A stretch of DNA of 24,876 nucleotides from Candidatus Methylomirabilia bacterium (lineage in GTDB: Bacteria; Methylomirabilota; Methylomirabilia; Rokubacteriales; CSP1-6), in NCBI GenBank assembly GCA_046758965.1, contig JBHIBG010000037.1:1-24876 (forward strand). The letters are read 5' to 3'. A program made the translations under genes and the position numbers. A model generated the notes under the pieces. It had not been told where the DNA came from and made no database searches. It saw only the letters and a program-made list of their open reading frames with translations. This document shows positions 7,685 through 17,106 of this stretch, piece after piece (position 1 is the stretch's first letter; every line of letters starts with the position of its first letter).

Positions 7685-8203
7685 TCACGCCTGATCGCCA
7701 GCCGGTGGTGGCACGAGCGCATCGGCGCGAGCCTCGGCCATGCCGCGAATAGCAACCAGAAGCCGAACCAGGCACTGCTGGACCAGAAGCGCGTCCTGAG
7801 TCGTGGGATCGGCCAGCCACTCGCGCGCCCACTCGGAATCCTCCTGCGCGAGGCCAAGGGTCGGCGAGAGCGCCTGCAGGCGCAGGAGGAGATCATCGGG
7901 GGGAAGCCCCTGAGCGCGAAGCCGACTCACCACGGCTGCGCGCACCGCCGCGTTCCAGATCCCCGTCAGAGCCTCGAGCAGCGCATGATAGCAGGTGTTC
8001 TCGGGCTTCCGCCCCAGGTGCTCGAGCACGACCGGGAGGAGCGGGTTGACCGCCGGCTCACCCTCCTCGCCAACCGCCATCAGCGGTCGGAGGAGCGGAT
8101 CCTGCTCTGGACGGACCATCCCGTCGAGGAGGACCAGGAGTTGGCCAACGCTCACCGGCGGGAGTTGGGACAGCCGTTCGAGCAGCGGAGCGTCCGAGGG
8201 CAT
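7685..8203 (-). CDS. Hypothetical protein, Leu-rich and probably helical
   Basis: 172-aa ORF with protein-like composition filling the gap between the MFS and PPOX genes. Candidate promoter just upstream. Confidence 0.6.
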   Translation of the reverse strand: MPSDAPLLERLSQLPPVSVGQLLVLLDGMVRPEQDPLLRPLMAVGEEGEPAVNPLLPVVLEHLGRKPENTCYHALLEALTGIWNAAVRAAVVSRLRAQGLPPDDLLLRLQALSPTLGLAQEDSEWAREWLADPTTQDALLVQQCLVRLLVAIRGMAEARADALVPPPAGDQA

Positions 8204-8219
8204 GAGCGATCTCTTCGGG

Positions 8220-8248
8220 AGTATACCTCCGCGCTCCCACGCCCACAA
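8220..8248 (-). promoter_or_regulatory. Putative promoter TTGTGG-17-TATACT
   Basis: Plus agtata at 8220-8225 and ccacaa at 8243-8248, 16 nt before the ATG at 8203. Confidence 0.4.
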
Positions 8249-8261
8249 GGGCGGAAGCCAA

Positions 8262-9809
8262 CTACGACCGGGAGTCGGAGGCCGGCTCCCGGACAGTAGC
8301 CAGATCCCGGGCACGACCTGACGGAACGAGAAAGGCCGAGGCCAGCGCCAGCACCGACACGACCAGGCCGACGACAAAAACCCCGTGGAGAGCCTGCGCA
8401 AGCGACACGCGCGCTTCAGCCAGGAGAGCCCCACCCAGCATCTCGCGAGTGAGCGGGTTCACGATCAGGTCAGGATGGTTCACGAGCTCCCGCGCCTGGG
8501 CGAGGTGCGCACCGCCCGCCTCCGCGCGAGCCAGAACGGCGAGGAGCCCGATCTGGAGCCGATGCGCCATCACTGCGCCCATCACGGCGATTCCCACAGC
8601 GCCCCCGATCGTGCGGAAGAACTGGGTCATGGAGGTGGCCGCGCCCAGGTCAGCTTTCGGCACCGAGTTCTGCACAGCCAGGAGCATGGGCACCATGACC
8701 ATCCCCATGCCGACTCCGGCGAGCAGCACATCGCGGACCGCGGTGCTCCGGGTGAGCGACTGGTCCCAGTTCGCGAGGAGCACGAAGGCAAGAGCAAGGC
8801 TCGACATGCCGATCAGGACGACGGGTCGATATCCCGCGCGGAGGACGACGCGGGCGCTCGCGATCGAACATGTCACCCAGCCCAGCACGAACGGTGTCAA
8901 CACCATGCCCGCCTGAGTGGCAGTGGTGCCGACCACGGCCTGGACAAACAGTGGGACGTACGAGATCGCCCCGAACATGGCCATCCCCGCGAGGAAGCCG
9001 GTTGCGGCCGCTGCGCGGATCATGGGGTTTCGGAACAGGGCGAGGGGAATCAACGGGGTGGTGGCGCGCCGCTCCGCGGCGATAAAGGCGACAAGCAGGA
9101 CGCCTCCCGCTCCCAGCGCCCCGAGGGTTGAAAGCGTGAGCCAGCCCGCGGTTCGCCCACCCTCGATCAGGCCCACGAGGAGCGAGGAGACGCCCAGGGC
9201 GAAGAGCCCGGCGCCCCAGTAGTCGATGGAGACCTTCCGGCGGGGCGGGAGCGCCTCAGCAAGTCCCCAGAAGATGGCGAGCGCCGCCAGCGCACCGAAC
9301 GGCACGTTGATGTAGAACACCCAGCGCCAGGAGAGGTGATCGGCCAGGAGACCGCCCGCAAGAGGCCCCACCAGCGAGGCCACACCCCAGACGCCTGAGA
9401 AGTAGCCCTGCATCCGGGCGCGCTGCTCGAGCGTGTAGAGGTCCCCGAGGACGGTCATTCCAAGAGTGATAAGCGAACCAGCCCCCAGCCCCTGGAGAGT
9501 GCGGAACGCGACGAGCTGCGTCATGCTCTGCGAGAGCCCGGAGAGCGCCGACCCGACGAGAAAGATCGCGATCCCGGTCAAGAAAGTCCGGCGCCGTCCG
9601 AAGAGATCTGACACACGGCCCCAGAGGGGCATGCTCACCGTGGAGGCAAGGAGAAAACCCGAGAAGACCCAGGAATACACCTTGAGCCCGCCGAGGCTCG
9701 CGATAATCGTGGGCATCGCCGTGGCGACGACGGTGGCCTCCATGGCCGCCAGGAAGATGCACAGCATGATGCCGGCCACCGTAACGGGCCGGCGGCGCTC
9801 CCCGATCAT
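8262..9809 (-). CDS. MFS drug:H+ antiporter, DHA2 (EmrB/QacA-like) family
   Basis: Motif A (GRVSDLFGRRR), RTLQGLGAG, GPLAGG and WRWVFYINVP. About 14 hydrophobic segments. Confidence 0.92.
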   Translation of the reverse strand: MIGERRRPVTVAGIMLCIFLAAMEATVVATAMPTIIASLGGLKVYSWVFSGFLLASTVSMPLWGRVSDLFGRRRTFLTGIAIFLVGSALSGLSQSMTQLVAFRTLQGLGAGSLITLGMTVLGDLYTLEQRARMQGYFSGVWGVASLVGPLAGGLLADHLSWRWVFYINVPFGALAALAIFWGLAEALPPRRKVSIDYWGAGLFALGVSSLLVGLIEGGRTAGWLTLSTLGALGAGGVLLVAFIAAERRATTPLIPLALFRNPMIRAAAATGFLAGMAMFGAISYVPLFVQAVVGTTATQAGMVLTPFVLGWVTCSIASARVVLRAGYRPVVLIGMSSLALAFVLLANWDQSLTRSTAVRDVLLAGVGMGMVMVPMLLAVQNSVPKADLGAATSMTQFFRTIGGAVGIAVMGAVMAHRLQIGLLAVLARAEAGGAHLAQARELVNHPDLIVNPLTREMLGGALLAEARVSLAQALHGVFVVGLVVSVLALASAFLVPSGRARDLATVREPASDSRS

Positions 9810-10132
9810 TTATGAGCTTCGGCGCAGGCGGCGCACCGGCACAAGGCTCGGAGCTCGGGGTAAGGGTAGCAGCTCTCGTGGCCGTCGAGCCAGACGACCC
9901 TCAGCCCTTCGGGGATGCGCCTGATCTCTTTCGGCCAGCTCATTTCCTGGGTCAGCGCGGAGATGGTCGCGCAGGCGCCGCACGGGCACTCCCGGCGCAT
10001 TCCCTGGAAGGGGTAGATGCTCGAGTGGCGATCCGCCCAGGTGACCCCGAGCGCGTACCGCCCCACCAGATGGAGTTCAGAGGGTGCGTTGGGATCCGGC
10101 TGGCCGAAGATCGGTAGCGTCAGCTTGGTCAT
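9806..10132 (-). CDS. Tandem DUF971 (GBBH-like N-terminal) domain protein
   Basis: Two copies of W-x-D-x-H-x-S-x-Y-...-CxCxxC. Its TGA overlaps the MFS ATG (ATGA). Confidence 0.78.
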   Translation of the reverse strand: MTKLTLPIFGQPDPNAPSELHLVGRYALGVTWADRHSSIYPFQGMRRECPCGACATISALTQEMSWPKEIRRIPEGLRVVWLDGHESCYPYPELRALCRCAACAEAHK

Positions 10133-10329
10133 GACTTCGTCACTGGATCGTCGCAAGAGGAGTCGACGCTCGCGCCCGCAATACAGGATCGGGCGACCGC
10201 GTTCGGGACACCGAGAGCTCCGCCGACAGCGCGATGAGCGTCCACGAGCCACGCGCCGCCGGCGTCGAGTTCCAGTCTACCAGATGGTGCTGGGGATGGA
10301 AACCCGTGGCGGGAACGGACAGGACACGG

Positions 10330-12153
10330 CTACCACCTCAGGTGGTAGGGGACGTCGGTCACGACGACGTTCTTCCGGAACAGGAGAGCCCCTTTGATCA
10401 GGAGCGCCGTCTGATTGTGGAGGAGGTGCTGCCACCACCGTGCGGGGAGGAACTCGGGCAACACGATGGTCACCACGTGATTCTGACCCTGCGCCTGGAT
10501 GTGATTCAGGTAGTCGAGGAACGGCCCGAGGAGTGACCGGTAGGGTGAGGTCAGCACGACCAGCGGCACCCCCGCACCCCATTTCCCCCACTTTTCCTCC
10601 AGCTTGTAGGTCTTCTCGGAGTCGAGCTCCACGTACACCGCCTTGGCATCGGGCGAGAGGGTTTTGGCGTACTCCAGGGCCTGAACCACGCCTTTGTGGA
10701 GGTCTCCCACCAGCACCAGCACCGTGTGCCGGATCGGCGGCGACCCGCCATACCCCTCCAGGGAGAGCTGCGCTGCCACCCGCCGGTAGTGGCGGTGGAT
10801 CATATAGAACACCGCGATAAAGGCCGGGATCAGGAGCGCGACGAGCCACGCCCCGTGGACGAACTTTGTCACGGCCACAATGGACATCACAAGCCCCGTC
10901 GTGGCCGCCCCGAGCCCGTTGATCGTCGCGCGCCACCGCCAGCCGGGGGGTTTCTGCCGGACCCATCGCCTGACCATGCTGGCCTGGGAAAGGGTGAAGG
11001 AGGTGAAGACCCCCACCGCATAGAGCGGGATCAGCGCGTGGGTGCTGCCGCGGAAGATCACGATCAAGAGCGCCGCGGCCAGACCCAAAATAATGACCCC
11101 GTTGGAGAAGACCAGACGGTCACCACGGTTGGCGAACTGCCGGGGGACGAAGCCGTCTCGCGCCATGAAGTAGGAGAGCCGGGGAAAGTCGGCGAAGGAC
11201 GTGTTGGCGGCAAGAATCAGGATCACGGTGGAGACGGCCTGGATGTAGTAGTACCCTATCCCTCCCCCGAACACCTGCCAGGTCAGCTGGGAGACGACCG
11301 TCTCCTCCTCACGAGGAGCGATCCCGTAAAGGGAGGCGAGGACCGTGACCCCGAGGAAGAGCCCCGTCATGATCGCCCCGAGCCAGACCAACGTAATCCG
11401 CGCGTTCCTGGCCTGGGGAGGCTTGAAGGCCGTGACCCCGTCGGCCACGGCTTCGATCCCGGTCAGGGCCACGGCGCCGGAGGCGAAGGCCCTCAGGAGA
11501 AGAAAGAGGCCGAGCGCCGAGGCAGCCTCAGCCGGAGGCGGAGGGCCGGGGGTCTCCGCAGCGCCTAACCAGAGGTAGCGGAGGAACCCGACGACCACCA
11601 TCCCGACGAACCCCGCAATGAAGAGGTAGGTGGGCAGGGCAAACAGGCGCCCGGACTCCCTGACGCCTCGGAGGTTCGCCACGGCGATGGCGGCTACGAA
11701 CAGCACCCCCATGAGCACCCGGTGGGGGTAGAGCACCGGCAGGGCCGAGGTGATGGCCGCCACGCCCGCGGAGACGCTCACCGCGACAGTCAGCGTGTAG
11801 TCGATCTGGAGCGCGGCCCCAGCCGTCAGGCCCGGAATGGTCCCGAGGTTGTCCTTCGAGACGATGTAGTCGCTGGCGCCCTGGGGGTAGGCAAGCACCG
11901 TCTGTCGGTAGGAGCTGATGACGATGGCGATCACCACCGCGATGGCGAACCCGATCGGCACTGAGAAGGTCAAGGCCCCGGCTCCCGCCAGGACCAGGAC
12001 CCGGAGAATCTCCTCGCTCGCGTACGTGACAGACGAGAGGTTGTCGGAGGCGAAGACCGCGAGCCCGGTGACCTTGGAGAGGCGCTCGTGCCGGGCCTGA
12101 GCGGTCGGGAGGGGGCTGCCGACAAGAAAGCGCTTGAGCGCGTGAAGCCGCAT
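10330..12153 (-). CDS. kimA: APC-superfamily transporter, KimA/YdaO-like K+ importer
   Basis: N-terminal KRFLVGSPL...SDNLSSVTYASEEIL, LTGIEAV, AANTSFADFPRL, LIPLYAVGVF and C-terminal SPYRS...LHNQTA match B. subtilis KimA as recalled. Confidence 0.82.
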   Translation of the reverse strand: MRLHALKRFLVGSPLPTAQARHERLSKVTGLAVFASDNLSSVTYASEEILRVLVLAGAGALTFSVPIGFAIAVVIAIVISSYRQTVLAYPQGASDYIVSKDNLGTIPGLTAGAALQIDYTLTVAVSVSAGVAAITSALPVLYPHRVLMGVLFVAAIAVANLRGVRESGRLFALPTYLFIAGFVGMVVVGFLRYLWLGAAETPGPPPPAEAASALGLFLLLRAFASGAVALTGIEAVADGVTAFKPPQARNARITLVWLGAIMTGLFLGVTVLASLYGIAPREEETVVSQLTWQVFGGGIGYYYIQAVSTVILILAANTSFADFPRLSYFMARDGFVPRQFANRGDRLVFSNGVIILGLAAALLIVIFRGSTHALIPLYAVGVFTSFTLSQASMVRRWVRQKPPGWRWRATINGLGAATTGLVMSIVAVTKFVHGAWLVALLIPAFIAVFYMIHRHYRRVAAQLSLEGYGGSPPIRHTVLVLVGDLHKGVVQALEYAKTLSPDAKAVYVELDSEKTYKLEEKWGKWGAGVPLVVLTSPYRSLLGPFLDYLNHIQAQGQNHVVTIVLPEFLPARWWQHLLHNQTALLIKGALLFRKNVVVTDVPYHLRW

Positions 12154-12236
12154 GGCAACTCACCCGCAGCCGCCGGCCGCGGGCTGACGCCATAGCCTAG
12201 GAAAGCGGGGAGAGGCGGTCACGAGTCACCGGGAGG

Positions 12237-13634
12237 TCACCCCCCGGCCAACGGGCCCTCGTAGAAGCGTTCGCGATCCGGTGCGAGTTTCTCGAAGCTT
12301 GTGTACTCCGGATGGAAATAAAGCGGCACAATTCGGGGGGCCGGCCCGTTGCGCTGCTTGCCGATGATCACCTCCGCGATATTGCGCTCCTCGGGAGGCA
12401 GCCCATCATCCTTCTTATACCACGACGGCCGGTAAAGAAACACAATCAGATCCGCGTCCTGCTCCAGCGCCCCGGACTCCCGGAGATCCGAGAGTTGGGG
12501 CCGGTGCTCCCGTTGCGGGCGATTTTCAACGGCCCGCGAGAGCTGGGAGAGCGCTAGGACGGGCACGCGGAGCTCCTTGGCCAGCGCTTTCAACGAGCGC
12601 GAGATCTCCGAAATCTCCTGCTGGCGATTCTCCGAAGTGGTGCGACCCCTCATCAGCTGCAGGTAGTCGATGATCACCAGGTCAAGCCCGTGCTCGGCCT
12701 TCACGCGCCGCGCCTTCGCGCGAGCCTCCAGAACGGACATCGCGGCCGTATCGTCGATGAAGATCGGCGCCTCGGACAATCGGCCTGCGGCGTTGGTGAG
12801 CCGCTGCCAGTGCGGCGGGTTGAGGTCCCCTTTGCGGACATCCTGGAGGCTCACTCTGGCCTCCGAACAGAGAAGGCGCTGGACAATCTGGCTCGCAGAC
12901 ATCTCGAGGCTCAGGATGAGGACCTTCTTGTCGAGCACGATGCCGGCGTACTTGGCAATACTCAAGGCGAAGGCGGTCTTGCCCATGGAGGGGCGGCCGG
13001 CGATGATGGTGAAATCTGAAGGCTGAAGACCTGCCGTCAGGTCATCGAATTTTTCGAAGCCGGTCGCCAGGCCGGTGATGTGCTCCTTCCGGTCGTAGAG
13101 CCGTTCGATATACTCAAAGGTGTTCTTGAGGATGGACCTCACCGGAATCGCCGTCCCCTGCAGGCGGCGCTCGGAGAGCTGGAAGATGAGCTGCTCGGCC
13201 TGGTCCAGGAGGGTATCCACATCCTCTCGGGCCTCATAGCTCTGCCCGATGATGTCGCTGGAGACCCGGATGAGCTCCCGCAGGACAGCCTTCTCGCGGA
13301 CGATCTCCGTGTAGGGGATGAGGTGAGCCGCGGTGGCGGCCTCCTCCACCAGGAGCGCCAGAGCCGCCTCGCCCCCCACCTCCTCCAGTTCCCCGCGGCG
13401 CCTGAGCTCATCGCGCAGGGTGACCAGGTCCACCGGCTCCGTTCGCTCGAAGAGGGCAACCATGGCGGCGAAGATCCTCCGGTGGCCGTCTTTGTAGAAG
13501 TCGGAGGCCCTGAGCACTTCGATGGCTTTGGGGAGGCTCTCCGTCTCCAACAAGATGGCGCCGAGGACGGCGCGCTCCGTTTCCAGGCTGTGGGGAGGGA
13601 TCTTACTGGTCAGAAGTTCCGGAAGGGTCGCCAC
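12237..13634 (-). CDS. dnaB: Replicative DNA helicase
   Basis: PPHSLETE, Walker A AGRPSMGKT, IDYLQLM, SQLSR and LSDLRESGALEQDAD. No intein. Confidence 0.97.
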   Translation of the reverse strand: MATLPELLTSKIPPHSLETERAVLGAILLETESLPKAIEVLRASDFYKDGHRRIFAAMVALFERTEPVDLVTLRDELRRRGELEEVGGEAALALLVEEAATAAHLIPYTEIVREKAVLRELIRVSSDIIGQSYEAREDVDTLLDQAEQLIFQLSERRLQGTAIPVRSILKNTFEYIERLYDRKEHITGLATGFEKFDDLTAGLQPSDFTIIAGRPSMGKTAFALSIAKYAGIVLDKKVLILSLEMSASQIVQRLLCSEARVSLQDVRKGDLNPPHWQRLTNAAGRLSEAPIFIDDTAAMSVLEARAKARRVKAEHGLDLVIIDYLQLMRGRTTSENRQQEISEISRSLKALAKELRVPVLALSQLSRAVENRPQREHRPQLSDLRESGALEQDADLIVFLYRPSWYKKDDGLPPEERNIAEVIIGKQRNGPAPRIVPLYFHPEYTSFEKLAPDRERFYEGPLAGG

Positions 13635-13636
13635 GA

Positions 13637-14080
13637 CTACTCCCGGGAGACGACCACCTTGAGCCGAGCAGTGACTTCTGAGTGGAGTCGGATGGGGACC
13701 GCATACTCGCCGACTGCCTTGATCGGCTCCCCCAGCCCCACCCGGCGCTTCTCGACCGTGATCCCGTGCTGGGCGAGGAAGGCCACCACGTCCTGGCTCC
13801 CCACCGAGCCGTACAGGCGCCCTTCCTGCGAGGCCGGACGGGTCACCGACAGCGTGAGGGTCTCGACGGTGGTAGCCTGCGCCTCCGCTTCAGCTTTGGC
13901 CTCGGCAGTCCTGGCCGCTTCGCGACTCCTGATCTGCTCCAGGCTCTTGAGGTTCGCCGCGGTGGCGGCGAGGGCGAGCTTCTGGGGAAGCAGATAGTTC
14001 CGGGCGTACCCGTCCGCCACATCACAGACCAACCCCCGACCACCCAATTTCGGGATGTCGTCCAGCAGGATGACCTTCAT
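13637..14080 (-). CDS. rplI: 50S ribosomal protein L9
   Basis: MKVILL...GYARNYLLP, GRLYGSV and PIKAVGEY. Confidence 0.97.
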   Translation of the reverse strand: MKVILLDDIPKLGGRGLVCDVADGYARNYLLPQKLALAATAANLKSLEQIRSREAARTAEAKAEAEAQATTVETLTLSVTRPASQEGRLYGSVGSQDVVAFLAQHGITVEKRRVGLGEPIKAVGEYAVPIRLHSEVTARLKVVVSRE

Positions 14081-14091
14081 CGGAACGAGGC

Positions 14092-14340
14092 CTACTCGGG
14101 CGTGTAAGGCAAGAGGGCCATGGTGCGGGCCCGCTGGATGGCATGGGTGAGTTGCCGCTGATGACGGGCACAGTTACCCACGATCCGGCGAGGGACGATC
14201 TTCCCCCGCTCGCTGATGAAGTTCCTCAGGCGGCGGATATCCTTGTAGTCGATCAGGTCCACCCTGTCAACGCAAAATCTGCAGACCTTGCGACGCCCGA
14301 AGCGACGTCGCCTAACCGGTTTGGCCCCGAGTGGCGAAAT
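14092..14340 (-). CDS. rpsR: 30S ribosomal protein S18 (zinc-binding form), probable ATT start
   Basis: Manual translation gives [64 protein letters not shown]. It is not in the ORF track. SD GGAGGAG lies 6 nt before ATT. Confidence 0.95.
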   Translation of the reverse strand: MSPLGAKPVRRRRFGRRKVCRFCVDRVDLIDYKDIRRLRNFISERGKIVPRRIVGNCARHQRQLTHAIQRARTMALLPYTPE

Positions 14341-14378
14341 GGCTCTCTCCTCCTGCTCGCCTGGGTTTGCGGGAATCC

Positions 14379-14780
14379 TCAGAAGGGAACGTCTTCGTTC
14401 CCCTCGACCGCTTCCTCCACCACCTCGGCCTCCGCCGACACCGGGGACTTGCCGCGACTCATGAACTGGACCCGGTCGGCCACCACTTCCACGACGTTCC
14501 GGCGCTGGCCGTCTCTGGTCTCCCAGTCGCGCGTTTGCAGGCGCCCCTCGACCAGCACGCCGCTCCCCTTGTCCAGGTACTCGCTGCAGCTTTCCGCCTG
14601 TTTGCCCCAGACCACCACGGTGAGGAAACAGGTGTCTTGCCGCTTCTCTCCGGCCTGCGTCGTATAGGCCCGGTTGACCGCCACGCGGAGGTCAGCAACC
14701 GGGGTACCACTAGGAGTATACCGGAGCTCCGGCGGGCGGGTGAGGTTCCCCATGAGGAATACTTTGTTGAGGCTTGCCAT
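14379..14780 (-). CDS. ssb: Single-stranded DNA-binding protein
   Basis: [30 protein letters not shown] and acidic tip DVPF. Confidence 0.97.
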   Translation of the reverse strand: MASLNKVFLMGNLTRPPELRYTPSGTPVADLRVAVNRAYTTQAGEKRQDTCFLTVVVWGKQAESCSEYLDKGSGVLVEGRLQTRDWETRDGQRRNVVEVVADRVQFMSRGKSPVSAEAEVVEEAVEGNEDVPF

Positions 14781-15160
14781 CAGCCGGCCTCCTCAAGCAT
14801 CTCCCGTCTCTGCCCCGATCCCTCCTGAGGCTCGCCGGGCTCTTCCTGAGGCGGCGCAGGCCGCGCCTGCCTTCGATCCGGCACCCGCGTGACGAGGAAG
14901 CGAAGGATGTTCTCGTTGAGCTTCAGCTGTCGCTCGAACTCCTTCACAGCGACCCGCTCGGCTAGCACCTCGAAGACCGCGTAGATCCCCTCCCGCTGCT
15001 TTTTGACATCGTAGGCGAGACGACGCTTCCCCCAGTTTTCCACACCACGGACCTCGGCCCCCAGCCCCCTGAGAGTCTCCTGCAGCCGAGTCAGGAGCCG
15101 GCTCACCTCCTCCTCTGGCGGGCGGGGGTCGATGAGCACCAAGATTTCGTACACCCTCAG
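14780..15160 (-). CDS. rpsF: 30S ribosomal protein S6, probable CTG start
   Basis: RVYEILVLIDP, WGKRRLAYDVKK and ENILRFLV. SD GGAGGT lies 7 nt before CTG. TGATG overlap with ssb. Confidence 0.93.
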   Translation of the reverse strand: MRVYEILVLIDPRPPEEEVSRLLTRLQETLRGLGAEVRGVENWGKRRLAYDVKKQREGIYAVFEVLAERVAVKEFERQLKLNENILRFLVTRVPDRRQARPAPPQEEPGEPQEGSGQRREMLEEAG

Positions 15161-15209
15161 ATGACTTACCTCCCCTCTTAAGGAAGAGCAGTCCGCTTCC
15201 AAGCGACCT

Positions 15210-15238
15210 ACCCTACCAGACATTTCCCCGGAAGGCAA
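15210..15238 (-). promoter_or_regulatory. Putative rpsF operon promoter TTGCCT-17-(TGn)TAGGGT
   Basis: Plus aggcaa at 15233-15238 and acccta at 15210-15215. Extended -10 TG present. Confidence 0.5.
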
Positions 15239-15341
15239 CCGAACCGCGCCTGCCGATCCTCTCACCCGGCTTCGGCGAGCCGACTCCTTCTCAGATCTCC
15301 CAACTCCTATCAGAGGAGTCGGGCTCCCGTCAAGCTGTGAC

Positions 15342-15378
15342 GAAAACAATACGGCCCCTCCCGGAGGGAAGGGCCGTA
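15342..15378 (-). terminator. Intrinsic terminator after groEL
   Basis: TACGGCCC/GGGCCGTA stem (15350-15378) followed by TTGTTTTC on the minus strand. Confidence 0.7.
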
Positions 15379-15430
15379 CCGCAGGCGCTCCGGAACACCC
15401 CACGCCCGGCGGGCGCGGGGTCCTGGAAGG

Positions 15431-17053
15431 CTAGTACATGTCTCCTCCGTGAGGCATCGGCGGCGTCTTCTTCTCCTCCTCCGGGATGTCGGTCACGAGC
15501 GCCTCAGTGGTCAGCAGCAGCGAGGCGATGGAGGCGGCGTTCTCCAGCGAGACCCGCTCCACCTTGGTCGGGTCGATAATCCCGGCCTGCATCATGTCCA
15601 CGAAGTCCACCCGCTCGGCGTCGAAGCCGTAGGTCGTCACCTCGGCGGCCTTCGCCTTCTCCACGACCACGGACCCCTCGAGCCCAGCGTTCTCCACGAT
15701 CTGGCGGATGGGCTCCTCGAGGGCCCGCCTGACGATGGCGGCCCCCACCTTCTCGTCACCTTCGAGCTTCAGCCTTTCGACGGCCTTCTGCGTCCGAAGC
15801 AGGGCGACCCCGCCGCCGGGCACGATCCCCTCCTCGACGGCCGCCCGGGTGGCGTTGAGGGCATCTTCCACGCGCGCCTTCTTCTCCTTCATCGCCGTCT
15901 CGGTCGCCGCCCCTACCTTGATCACGGCCACACCCCCCGCCAGCTTGGCCAGCCGCTCCTGGAGCTTCTCGCGGTCGTAATCCGAGGTGGTCTCCTCGAT
16001 CTGAGCCCGGATCTGCTTGATGCGCCCCTCAATCGCCGAAGACTTGCCCGCGCCCTCCACGATCGTGGTGTTGTCCTTGTCCACCACCACCTTCTTGGCC
16101 CGACCCAGGTCCTCCAGCTTGATGTTCTCCAGCTTGATCCCCAGGTCCTCGGTGATCGCCTTGCCGCCGGTCAGAATCGCGACGTCCTCCAGCATCTGCT
16201 TTCGCCGGTCCCCGAACCCGGGCGCCTTCACGGCGCAGCACTGGAGCGTCCCCCTCAGCTTGTTCACCACCAGCGTGGCCAGGGCCTCGCCCTCCAGATC
16301 CTCGGCGATGACCAGCAGCGGCTTGCCGGACCGCGCCACCTGCTCCAGCAGCGGGAGCATGTCCTTCATGACGCTGACCTTCTTCTCGTGAATGAGGATC
16401 ACCGGGTCTTCCAGGTGCCCCTCCATCCGCTCCGCATCCGTGACAAAGTAGGGCGAGAGATAGCCGCGGTCGAACTGCATCCCCTCGACCACCTCCAGCG
16501 TGGTCTCCGCGGACTTGGACTCCTCCACCGTGATCACCCCGTCCTTGCCCACCTTCTCCATCGACTCCGCGATCAGGTTGCCGATCGTCTTGTCGTTGTT
16601 GGCAGCGATGCTGGCGACCTGCGAGATCTCCTTCTTGTCCTTCGTGGATTTGGACATCTTCTTCAGGTCCTCCACCACCGCCTCCACCGCCGCCTCGATC
16701 CCCCGCTTGAGCCCCATCGGGTTGGCCCCAGCCGTGACGTTCTTGAGCCCTTCCCGAAAGATCGCCTGCGCCAGCACGGTCGCGGTCGTGGTCCCGTCCC
16801 CGGCCACATCGGAGGTCTTCGAGGCCACCTCCTTCATCATCTGGGCACCCATGTCCTCGTAGTTGTCCTTCAGCTCGATCTCCTTGGCCACCGTGACCCC
16901 GTCCTTGGTGATGGTCGGGCTCCCGAACTTCTTGTCAATCACCACGTTGCGGCCCTTGGGCCCCAGGGTCGCCTTCACCGCCTCCGCCATAATGTTGACG
17001 CCGCGGAGCAACGCCGCCCGGGCCTCATCGTTAAACAAGAGCTGCTTCGGCAT
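15431..17053 (-). CDS. groL: Chaperonin GroEL
   Basis: [39 protein letters not shown] and [12 protein letters not shown]. Confidence 0.99.
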   Translation of the reverse strand: MPKQLLFNDEARAALLRGVNIMAEAVKATLGPKGRNVVIDKKFGSPTITKDGVTVAKEIELKDNYEDMGAQMMKEVASKTSDVAGDGTTTATVLAQAIFREGLKNVTAGANPMGLKRGIEAAVEAVVEDLKKMSKSTKDKKEISQVASIAANNDKTIGNLIAESMEKVGKDGVITVEESKSAETTLEVVEGMQFDRGYLSPYFVTDAERMEGHLEDPVILIHEKKVSVMKDMLPLLEQVARSGKPLLVIAEDLEGEALATLVVNKLRGTLQCCAVKAPGFGDRRKQMLEDVAILTGGKAITEDLGIKLENIKLEDLGRAKKVVVDKDNTTIVEGAGKSSAIEGRIKQIRAQIEETTSDYDREKLQERLAKLAGGVAVIKVGAATETAMKEKKARVEDALNATRAAVEEGIVPGGGVALLRTQKAVERLKLEGDEKVGAAIVRRALEEPIRQIVENAGLEGSVVVEKAKAAEVTTYGFDAERVDFVDMMQAGIIDPTKVERVSLENAASIASLLLTTEALVTDIPEEEKKTPPMPHGGDMY

Positions 17054-17106
17054 ACGATCTCCTCCTCATTCAGAGGCTGGCTGGGAGCTCGTCCCCAGCC
17101 AACCAG

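Noticed and set aside
14780..15403. 207-aa N-terminally extended S6 from the ORF track
   Set aside because: The extension crosses the groEL terminator and the predicted rpsF promoter. The SD and family consensus place the start at 15160.
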